Of a stretch of 64,000 bases of DNA, positions 46,929 through 54,876 are shown in pieces. The stretch comes from Treponema sp. Lineage in GTDB: Bacteria > Spirochaetota > Spirochaetia > Treponematales > Treponemataceae. The notes under the pieces were generated by a model that saw only the letters and a list, made by a program, of their open reading frames with translations, had not been told where the DNA came from and did no database searches. The DNA is taken from assembly GCA_045123335.1 (NCBI GenBank), contig JBGVIP010000028.1, positions 310 to 64,309 of the forward strand. The letters are read 5' to 3'. Each line of letters begins with the position of its first letter. Position 1 is the first letter of the stretch. The position numbers and the translations under genes were made by a program.

Positions 46929-48385
46929 AAATGATTAAAAAGATTTTATGTTTTGCATTGGCTCTTATTCCTGCCGGTGCGTTTGCAGATACTCATCTAA
47001 GAAACTGTGTATACGACTACAAGCCAACTGTATTCGATTTTTCTTCAGATGGTATTGAAGAAGTATTTATTGACGGACGTGCTGTTGTTCCTACAGTTAT
47101 GGATCTTCGTGTCGGTGATCTTTTTATCGATGAAGACGGAGTAATTCAGGTTGTAGACAGCATTATTGTAGATTCAGAAGGAAACCTTACCATTAATTCG
47201 TCCATGCCGTCTAACGTATATGATTTTATGGATATGGTAAGCATTCCGCAGCAGGATATTGAAGTAGAAACCGGCGACTGGGACATTATGGGGTATGATG
47301 CTCAGCCGGAATTGCTTGAACAGGAAAAGAACAGTTCAGCTCTAAGCCGCGGTGCTGGAACTGCTTCTTCAAGCGGAATGCTCGGTAACGCAATTCCTGT
47401 TGAAAAGCGCGATATGACTCCAAACATTAATGTAACAATTCCTTTGGGAAGTTCTGCTTCTGCAGATGAAATTGCCAAGTCGGCTGGTGCTTCGGCAGCC
47501 CAGACAGACGAGGCAAAGAAAAGGGTAAAGGATAAATCTGGCTCATCCCTTACAATTAAGGCAGAAGTTCCGTATCTTGCAAAGAAATTCAGCATCACTC
47601 CAAAGGTTGACTTACCTTATACAACCGTAATTACAAGAAAGAAGACTTACAATATTTACAAGAAAGAATACTGGACAAAAGAAAACTGGTATCATCCGGG
47701 TAGTGCTTCCCTTAATGTAGATCTTGATCTGTATACAGGTATTGGATTTGAAATTGATGTAGTTGCCAAAAAGGCCTGTGAAATAACAATCTGTCAGACT
47801 CCGACAACGGGTATTACAGCAGGTCTTTACCTTTGGCCGGAACTTACTCTTATGTCAAGCATGACACTTCAGAAATATGTACACGTTCAGTATGCATGCG
47901 GATGTTCCTGTGACCTTGACGGTGAATACATTCTTTGCGTTCCTCATAATTTTAACAAGTATGTATATAGGAATGAAGTTCACACAGGTTCTTCGTTTGA
48001 CGGTTCTATTGTAGGAACAGCTGGAATATTTATCGGGCCAAAGATTGCAGTTTCTATAGCCGGTTTTGACCTTGCTGCAATATCGGCAAAATTCGGACCG
48101 GAAGCAAAGGCTGTATTCCCGCTTATAGGATATATTTCGTATAACGATCCGTATAATGAAATTGGTAACGGTGATTATCTTGGAAGCAAAGGTGGTGTTG
48201 TAAATAAAATTTACGGTCCTGAGGAGTCAAAATTTACACTCTACTTGAAGGCTACAGTAGGCGGAAGCTTTATTAAGGGACTTATTTCAACTGATTTCTA
48301 TACATGGAAATCCAGCCCGATTATTGAACTTCCAAAAGACTGGGGAAAATTTGATAAGTTAACGGAAGAAGAGGTAGACTTATGA
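46925..48385 (+). CDS. Hypothetical secreted beta-rich protein
   Basis: Signal peptide (PAGAFA-D); ATGA coupling on both sides. Confidence 0.7.
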   Translation: MKMIKKILCFALALIPAGAFADTHLRNCVYDYKPTVFDFSSDGIEEVFIDGRAVVPTVMDLRVGDLFIDEDGVIQVVDSIIVDSEGNLTINSSMPSNVYDFMDMVSIPQQDIEVETGDWDIMGYDAQPELLEQEKNSSALSRGAGTASSSGMLGNAIPVEKRDMTPNINVTIPLGSSASADEIAKSAGASAAQTDEAKKRVKDKSGSSLTIKAEVPYLAKKFSITPKVDLPYTTVITRKKTYNIYKKEYWTKENWYHPGSASLNVDLDLYTGIGFEIDVVAKKACEITICQTPTTGITAGLYLWPELTLMSSMTLQKYVHVQYACGCSCDLDGEYILCVPHNFNKYVYRNEVHTGSSFDGSIVGTAGIFIGPKIAVSIAGFDLAAISAKFGPEAKAVFPLIGYISYNDPYNEIGNGDYLGSKGGVVNKIYGPEESKFTLYLKATVGGSFIKGLISTDFYTWKSSPIIELPKDWGKFDKLTEEEVDL

Positions 48386-49905
48386 AAAAATATTTAATCA
48401 CAGCCGCTGCAATCCTGTGCGGCATTGCAATGATGTCATGTTCAGACAGTTCTAATGATAATACCTCAAAACTGATTGCTGCTTATAAGGCTTCATCTGG
48501 TTCATCGGGTACATCTAAGACAACACCATATGCCGACGCAACACTTGATGATTTAAAGGTTCAATATGTTGATTTCTACGATTTAATGTCGGATACAAAC
48601 TTCAGCAAGGACATTGAAAACCTTAAATCAAGAATCTGTTTTAGTAAAGAGGTTGAAAATCTAGATTACTATGAAGTTGTCGTTCATGATGAAGGAAATA
48701 CAGATTCTAATCATAAGGCAACCTATTATCTTCTTAAAGAAATACTTTCTGAAGATGGTATTAAGGAAGGTGATAAAGTTATTGGAATGGGCGTTTATAC
48801 CAGGGATTCTGTTAAAAAGGAAAAAACTTTGCTTGAGTATTCTTTTGATGGTGAAGTAACAAAAGCAGAAGCGGACGCTAATCCAGGAAATGCAACTTTT
48901 GCTTATTATGAAACTTTCGATGACGAAGCGCTTACAAAGTCCAAAGTCAGATGTATTTACTGTCCAAAAGATAGTAACAGAATTGATACATTGCAGGTAA
49001 CTACTTACTCTGATCCGACAGGAACTGAAGATTCGGTTGTTGAAGATACATATGAATATCTTCCATACAATTTGAAGTGGGATGAAGTTAATTATAAGGG
49101 AGTAGCAATTGATACATCTTTAGTTTCAGATGAAGGTAAGGTTACGCTTGCTGATTACAAAGGAACTGAATATCAGTTTGACTTTCCAGTTATAGCAGAC
49201 AGGTCTCTTACGTATCATAAATTGAATTCGGCTCATCCTTATGACTATGAGGTTGTGATGAATAACGATTTTCAGCGCATTTATACGGGAGATAATGAAT
49301 ATAACTTCTGCGAAACACGTTACTATATGTACGAGTTTACATGGAATACTGGTGTTTGTGCAGATTCTTATATTCAGCAGGTGTGCTGGAATCTGAATAA
49401 GTCCGGTGACTCTGAAATTAACCTGTCTGATAAGTCTACATATGTTATAGACGGCAGATGTTCAACCTTGATAAAGGATTACAAGAAGTTCGGCGGTATT
49501 CCGCGTCTTATCCGTTACACCTGGTTTAACGCTGAATTAAAGACAAACTATTACCGTACTTTTGATTATGAACCGTTTACAAAATCAGACGAAACCCTTT
49601 CTGATACAGAATATTATGAATACATGTACAAGTACTACATAAGTGACGATACTTCTGATTATCCTACACATCTGGCCCTTATACGGGAAGGACATCAGGA
49701 TTATATTAATGGAAATAATGTTTATGGAGAAACGTGCTATTCAAACAACGAAAAAACAACCGAATCAACACCAGCGTCTGATATTTCAGTTGGTTTGCCT
49801 ACGGACAAAACAGCCAGAACAAGAGTTTCTTTTGCTTCTGACGATGTGAAATCTGCTTTTGCAAGTACTTTGCCTGAAGCCAGAATTGGATATGCTAACA
49901 GATAA
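48382..49905 (+). CDS. Hypothetical acidic, Tyr-rich lipoprotein
   Basis: IAMMS-C lipobox; GAGG RBS. Confidence 0.7.
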   Translation: MKKYLITAAAILCGIAMMSCSDSSNDNTSKLIAAYKASSGSSGTSKTTPYADATLDDLKVQYVDFYDLMSDTNFSKDIENLKSRICFSKEVENLDYYEVVVHDEGNTDSNHKATYYLLKEILSEDGIKEGDKVIGMGVYTRDSVKKEKTLLEYSFDGEVTKAEADANPGNATFAYYETFDDEALTKSKVRCIYCPKDSNRIDTLQVTTYSDPTGTEDSVVEDTYEYLPYNLKWDEVNYKGVAIDTSLVSDEGKVTLADYKGTEYQFDFPVIADRSLTYHKLNSAHPYDYEVVMNNDFQRIYTGDNEYNFCETRYYMYEFTWNTGVCADSYIQQVCWNLNKSGDSEINLSDKSTYVIDGRCSTLIKDYKKFGGIPRLIRYTWFNAELKTNYYRTFDYEPFTKSDETLSDTEYYEYMYKYYISDDTSDYPTHLALIREGHQDYINGNNVYGETCYSNNEKTTESTPASDISVGLPTDKTARTRVSFASDDVKSAFASTLPEARIGYANR

Positions 49906-49930
49906 AATTATTTAGTTAGAATATTCAGAG

Positions 49931-49971
49931 AATGCTTCCTGTGCCGATTTGGTACGGGAAGCATTTTTTTT
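49931..49971 (+). terminator. Intrinsic terminator
   Basis: aatgcttcc-tgtgcc/ggtacg-ggaagcatt stem followed by a T-tract. Confidence 0.8.
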
Positions 49972-50185
49972 GCTCAAAATAAATTCTATACTGTGAAATA
50001 GTGGGGAAATTTTACCCATAATGATGAGTTATTTTGACCCGTGGGTAATTTTTATGCGCTGCTCTGGCTGTTTCTGGAGGGAAAGTGTAGGAGAAATCGT
50101 TTTCTTGTCGTTGGACAGCCTAAAAAAGCCTCTTTTTATATATAAAAATCTGTTTTTTACTAAATTTTTGCGTTTTTTTTAAACT

Positions 50186-50201
50186 TGGCACGGCATTTGC
50201 A
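50186..50201 (+). promoter_or_regulatory. Sigma54 (-24/-12) promoter upstream of hsp20
   Basis: TGGCAC-GGCAT-TTGCA, an exact TGGCAC-N5-TTGCW match about 70 nt before the start codon. Confidence 0.7.
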
Positions 50202-50269
50202 TAATTATAAGTGTAAGCAAAAAACTTACAGAAAACTTAAAATAATATAAATGCTGCAGGAGGCATAAT

Positions 50270-50716
50270 ATGAACGAACTTTCACTTTTTGATTCAATTT
50301 TTGGTAATGGTATGGACAATGTGTTCGGCGGTTACGCCACTAGGGCTTCAGTTGCTCCTCGCGTAGACGTAAAGGAATCTGAAAAAGCTTACAATCTTGA
50401 TATGGAGCTTCCGGGACGTACTGAAAATGACGTTAATATTGAACTTGACCGAAATACACTGACAATTTCTTCTAAGGAAGAGGAATCTGTTGAAAAATCT
50501 TCTGAAGACAAGAAAGAGAAAAAAGAAGAAAAGAAGAATGCTGAACGCTGGTTAATCCGCGAACGCCGCTATTCTTCATTCAGCCGCAGCTTCCAGATTC
50601 CGGAAGATGTAGACAGCGAAAACGTACATGCTTCATTCAAGAATGGCATTCTGAGCGTAACATTGCCTCGCAAGGCTCTTGCTGCTCCAAAAAGAATTGC
50701 CATTGAATGCGCATAA
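50270..50716 (+). CDS. Hsp20/alpha-crystallin small heat-shock protein
   Basis: PRVDVKES, MELPG and RERRYSSFSRSFQIP..ASFKNGILSVTLP motifs; C-terminal IAIE. Confidence 0.95.
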   Translation: MNELSLFDSIFGNGMDNVFGGYATRASVAPRVDVKESEKAYNLDMELPGRTENDVNIELDRNTLTISSKEEESVEKSSEDKKEKKEEKKNAERWLIRERRYSSFSRSFQIPEDVDSENVHASFKNGILSVTLPRKALAAPKRIAIECA

Positions 50717-50735
50717 TGCGGTTCCTTGAACATGG

Positions 50736-50785
50736 AACGGCGGAAATCTGGCTTCAGGAAAGTCGGGTTTCCGCCGTTTTTTTTT
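50736..50785 (+). terminator. Intrinsic terminator of hsp20
   Basis: aacggcggaaa.../...tttccgccgtt stem followed by a T-tract. Confidence 0.85.
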
Positions 50786-51021
50786 CGAAACTAAAGCATC
50801 GGTGTAGTAGTGGTGTAACAGCTTGAAAAAGTAATAAAAAGAATAATAACAGATATAAAACGTATAAAAAATAATACAATCTAATAATAAATCTAATACT
50901 GAATAAAACAGCCTTTGTTTTATCCTCTTTCAAGTTTCCTGTTCCTGCTTTTCATACGGCAAATTTTTTCCTAAAGCCGCAATTCAACCTTCCGAAAATC
51001 AAAGTGATAGAGGGGATCTTC

Positions 51022-51933
51022 ATGAAAAAGTTATTTTTAGCATTAAGTTTTGTTTCATTTGTTTCGCTTTTTGCGAATGCTCAGGAAAAAATTAATATTG
51101 ATACAGAATACGTAGCAGAAGCCGGCAGCGCTTCTTATGAAGAATGGACTGGCGGATATTCGCCGGAAGAAATTAACACTGCTTCTGAAATTATGGATAT
51201 TGGTCGCCGCCTTGGCCGCGGAATAAAATATCAGGAATCGGTTCAGAATGACCCAAATCCTTTTAATAAGGGAAATCCTGCATACAAATACAGTGCAGCT
51301 AGAATCTACGGTTCAACAAAGCGCGGTGCGGATGTTATTTTAATCGGTCAGACAGCTACTGTTGATACAATCAAGTGTCTTAAGCTTATTCTTCGCGGTT
51401 ACCTTGAATCTGCATTTGGTTATGGTCCAGAAGATTCAAAGCGTCTTGCAGAAAAAATCTGTTACTGGAATACAAAAGGTTTTGATGATTTTTCATATTT
51501 TAATTCGCGTTTTGAAGGTGCAGTTTCTTCTGTTTTCAGCGGTTACTATAACCACATCGGTCTTTCTTCTTCTTACAAAGACTGGAAAGGTTCAATTCTT
51601 GTAATTCCTCATGTAAGCAGTCTTGAATTTGCCGGTGATTATGCAGAAGAAAGCCCGGCCGTTTCTGAAGAAATTACGGATTCCTACGATGCTGCGCCGT
51701 CGTATCAGGAAGAGCAGGATTATTCAGAACAGGCCGCGTCTAATGATTACGGAATATACTCAAATAATTCAGAAAATGCCGGCTCAGATTCAAGCCGTTC
51801 AAAGTCTTACGGTTCTGTAAAGTCTGAGCCTGAGCCATTCCTGAACAGAACTATGATTATTATGATTGCGGTCGCCGCGGCAGTGCTTTTGGGCGTAATT
51901 GCGGTAGTGGTGATTATTTCAAGGCGGCAATAG
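51022..51933 (+). CDS. Membrane-anchored exported protein with a P83/100-like N-terminal domain
   Basis: Signal peptide; segments INTASEIMDIGRRLG, GADVILIG..ATVDTIKCLKLILRGYLESAFGY and IGLSSSYKDW..LVIP recalled as similar to spirochaete P83/100; acidic linker; C-terminal TM plus RRQ. Confidence 0.55.
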   Translation: MKKLFLALSFVSFVSLFANAQEKINIDTEYVAEAGSASYEEWTGGYSPEEINTASEIMDIGRRLGRGIKYQESVQNDPNPFNKGNPAYKYSAARIYGSTKRGADVILIGQTATVDTIKCLKLILRGYLESAFGYGPEDSKRLAEKICYWNTKGFDDFSYFNSRFEGAVSSVFSGYYNHIGLSSSYKDWKGSILVIPHVSSLEFAGDYAEESPAVSEEITDSYDAAPSYQEEQDYSEQAASNDYGIYSNNSENAGSDSSRSKSYGSVKSEPEPFLNRTMIIMIAVAAAVLLGVIAVVVIISRRQ

Positions 51934-52006
51934 GAAAGTCATTCCGGCCCTAAGATAAGAATTGATTTATTTCCTTACCATGTTATACTTTAATCTGGGG
52001 GTTTTT

Positions 52007-54247
52007 GTGGAAGGAAATAAAGACAGGCTTAGTCCGTATCTTTCACCTGCTGCAGTTTTGTCGCTTTCTGTTGGAACAAGCATTGGTTGGGGAGCCTTTG
52101 TTGTTACAAGCAGTAACTACATAATGCGTGCCGGACTTTATGGAAGCATAACCGGTCTTATTCTGGGCGCTATTGTAATGCTCCTTATTGCAAGAAACTA
52201 CGGCTATTTAATGAATGAATTTCCTTCGGCCGGAGGAGTTTTTCATTATTCTGCAAAAATCTTAGGCTATGACTACGCATTTCTTTCTGCGTGGTTTTTA
52301 GGGCTGACTTACATAGCAATCTACTGGGCAAACGCAACCAGCATTCCGCTTTTTTTTAGGGTCATTTTTAACAATGTACTTTGTGTTGGCCTTCACTATA
52401 CGCTTTTTGGCTATGAAGTTTATCTGACAGAAGTTTTTGTAACGATTTTCTTCATAATGCTGTTCGGCCTTGTGTGCTGCAAGTCGCGCAGGGCAGTGGC
52501 TCTTGTAATGAAAATCCTGGCTTCTGTCTTTACTGCTGGAATCCTTATCTGCTATTTCCTTGTTATGTATAAAAAAAATGCCGGCGGAATCTGCTACGAA
52601 GAATCTTTTTCCTTTGATTACAAGGCACTGACTAATATTCTGACTATTGCATCAATTTCTCCGTGGGCGTTCATCGGGTTTGAAAGCGTGTCTCACTGTT
52701 CGGAAGAACTGGATTTTCCGGCAGAAAAAATCACGGGCGTGCTCAGGATTTCCGTCATATTGACTACAGTGCTTTACCTTGCAGTATTTATGATTTCTAC
52801 TTCAACATATCCGCCGGAATATGACAGTTTTCTTTCCTATATAAAGGATATGGGAAATCTTTCCGGCTTAAAATCTGTGCCTGTATTTTATGCTGTAAAT
52901 TATTATCTTGGAAGCAGGGGCGTTTTTATCCTTGTATTAACGCTTTTTTCCCTTATTGTAACAAGCCTTATAGGAAATCTTCTTGCGCTTACCCGGCTTA
53001 TCTATTCGCTTTCTACAGACGGAGTAATTACTCCGTATTTTTCTAAAATCAGCTGCAGAGGCATTCCGTGCAACGCAAACAGAATGCTGGTGCTTATTTC
53101 AATATTGATTCCTTTTATGGGGCGAACCGCCATAGGCTGGATTGTTGATGTAACTACAATTGGTGCTTCTGTAATCTATATTCTTGTTTCCTATATGACG
53201 TTCAGACATGCAAAAACGAATCATGTCCGGGCAGAAACTTTTACTGGTCTTGCCGGATGTGTTGCGGTAGTTTTCTTTGGTGTATACATTATTTTCCGCG
53301 GATTTTTTGCTGGTCAATCCATAACAACCGAGTCTTACATTCTGTTCTGTATCTGGGCTATATTGGGATTTTTGGTTTTCCACATGATATTAAAAAATGA
53401 CAGTTCAAACCGTTTTGGAAAATCTGTTGTTGTATGGGTTGTATTGGTAACGCTCATTCTAGTTCTTTCCTTAATCTGGATGATTGAAACTAACCGAACT
53501 TCAACAATTAATCATATTAACGAAATTCATGAGTACATTCATGAAATTACCGGTACCGAGGAACATATTCCGGGTATGGAAGAATTCCTTAATCGTTCTC
53601 TGTTTACTATCTATGATGGAAACGTAAAGAGTTCATTTATTGTAATTCTGTTCTTCGGTTTTTCTATTGCAATGCTCATAAGCAATTTCTTTATTATGAA
53701 AAAGCGTGAATACGAGCACGAAATTGAACTTGGAAAGGCAAGGCGCATTGCAAATACTGATCCCCTTACGGGCGTAAAGAGTAAGCATGCCTATCTTGAA
53801 TACGAAAGTGTTCAGGACGGACTTATAGAGGCCGGTGAATTAAAATCGGTTGCGGTTGCCGTCTGCGATGTAAACAACCTTAAATATGTAAATGATAACA
53901 TAGGTCATATGGCGGGTGATGCATACATATGTGCGGCAGTTAATATTATCTGCAATGTATTTGCGCACAGTCCTGTCTTTCGTATTGGCGGAGACGAATT
54001 TGTTGCTGTCCTCAAGGATCGCGACTATGAAAACCGTTCAAAAATCCTTGCAGAGATTACTGCAATTTCTGAAAAGAATAACAAGGAAGGCAAGGTTGTA
54101 ATTGCTGTTGGAATTGCAGATTTTGATCCTTCTACTGACAAAAACCTTCTTTCTGTTTTTGAAAAGGCAGATTCAAAGATGTACGAAAGAAAGCGCACTT
54201 TAAAGAAGACTGAAGTACTTCCAAAAGTGGAGCAGGATATTTCTTAA
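52007..54247 (+). CDS. APC-family amino-acid permease fused to a GGDEF domain
   Basis: VGTSIGWGAF, FPSAGG and WAFIGFES permease motifs, about 14 TM, then TDPLTG..DVNNLKYVNDNIGHMAGD..RIGGDEF. Likely GTG start at 52007. Confidence 0.88.
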   Translation: MEGNKDRLSPYLSPAAVLSLSVGTSIGWGAFVVTSSNYIMRAGLYGSITGLILGAIVMLLIARNYGYLMNEFPSAGGVFHYSAKILGYDYAFLSAWFLGLTYIAIYWANATSIPLFFRVIFNNVLCVGLHYTLFGYEVYLTEVFVTIFFIMLFGLVCCKSRRAVALVMKILASVFTAGILICYFLVMYKKNAGGICYEESFSFDYKALTNILTIASISPWAFIGFESVSHCSEELDFPAEKITGVLRISVILTTVLYLAVFMISTSTYPPEYDSFLSYIKDMGNLSGLKSVPVFYAVNYYLGSRGVFILVLTLFSLIVTSLIGNLLALTRLIYSLSTDGVITPYFSKISCRGIPCNANRMLVLISILIPFMGRTAIGWIVDVTTIGASVIYILVSYMTFRHAKTNHVRAETFTGLAGCVAVVFFGVYIIFRGFFAGQSITTESYILFCIWAILGFLVFHMILKNDSSNRFGKSVVVWVVLVTLILVLSLIWMIETNRTSTINHINEIHEYIHEITGTEEHIPGMEEFLNRSLFTIYDGNVKSSFIVILFFGFSIAMLISNFFIMKKREYEHEIELGKARRIANTDPLTGVKSKHAYLEYESVQDGLIEAGELKSVAVAVCDVNNLKYVNDNIGHMAGDAYICAAVNIICNVFAHSPVFRIGGDEFVAVLKDRDYENRSKILAEITAISEKNNKEGKVVIAVGIADFDPSTDKNLLSVFEKADSKMYERKRTLKKTEVLPKVEQDIS

Positions 54248-54283
54248 AATTTATGAATTTTTTTTCAAAAAAATATTGACTTT

Positions 54284-54333
54284 ATAGTTAGCCCTCACTA
54301 ATCTATCATTATAGTTAGGTTAGATTAACCCTA
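54284..54333 (+). promoter_or_regulatory. feo promoter with DtxR/TroR-like operators
   Basis: TTGACT(54276)-17-TAATCT. ttaggttagattaacccta (54315-54333) resembles the DtxR consensus TTAGGTTAGSCTAACCTAA. A related box, atagttagccctcactaat, lies in the spacer. Confidence 0.6.
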
Positions 54334-54348
54334 GGAGCGGATATAACT

Positions 54349-54558
54349 ATGCCTTTAAGTTTTGCAACAGTTGGTGAACATTATCTGATAAAAAAGATCA
54401 GCGGAAAAGAGGAAGTTCGACGTTTTCTTGAAAATCTTGGTTTTGTTGCCGGAACTGACGTTTCTGTTGTCTCTGAAATTTCCGGGAATGTAATTGTTAT
54501 GGTTAGGGACTGCCGTGTTGCAATCAGCAGGGAAATGGCTCAGAAAATCATAATTTAA
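54349..54558 (+). CDS. feoA: Ferrous iron transport protein A
   Basis: MPLSF..., RFLENLGF and CRVAISREMAQKIII motifs. Confidence 0.9.
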   Translation: MPLSFATVGEHYLIKKISGKEEVRRFLENLGFVAGTDVSVVSEISGNVIVMVRDCRVAISREMAQKIII

Positions 54559-54577
54559 ATTTTTTTTTAATCTATTG

Positions 54578-54593
54578 GTTAGTTATAACTAAC
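54578..54593. promoter_or_regulatory. Perfect palindrome between the feoA genes (third metal-box-like site)
   Basis: gttagttataactaac shares the GTTAG...CTAAC half-sites with the upstream boxes. Confidence 0.5.
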
Positions 54594-54639
54594 AATCTAT
54601 AGGAATGCAATGCCGCCAGCGCGGATTATAGGAGAATAT

Positions 54640-54858
54640 ATGACATTAAAAGAAGTAAAAACCGGTCAGACAGTTGTGGTAGAAAAACTTAATGGCGAAG
54701 GAGCCATCAAACGCCGCATTATGGATATGGGAATTACAAAAGGAGTTGAAATTTATGTCCGCAAAGTAGCTCCTCTTGGTGATCCGGTTGAAATTACAGT
54801 CCGCGGATACGAGCTTTCTATCAGAAAGGCAGATGCAGAACTTATTCAGGTAAAATAA
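54640..54858 (+). CDS. feoA: Ferrous iron transport protein A (second copy)
   Basis: RRIMDMGIT and APLGDPVEITVRGYELSIRK motifs; start at ATG 54640 after GGAG. Confidence 0.93.
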   Translation: MTLKEVKTGQTVVVEKLNGEGAIKRRIMDMGITKGVEIYVRKVAPLGDPVEITVRGYELSIRKADAELIQVK

Positions 54859-54876
54859 ACGAGGGTATAATAGAAA

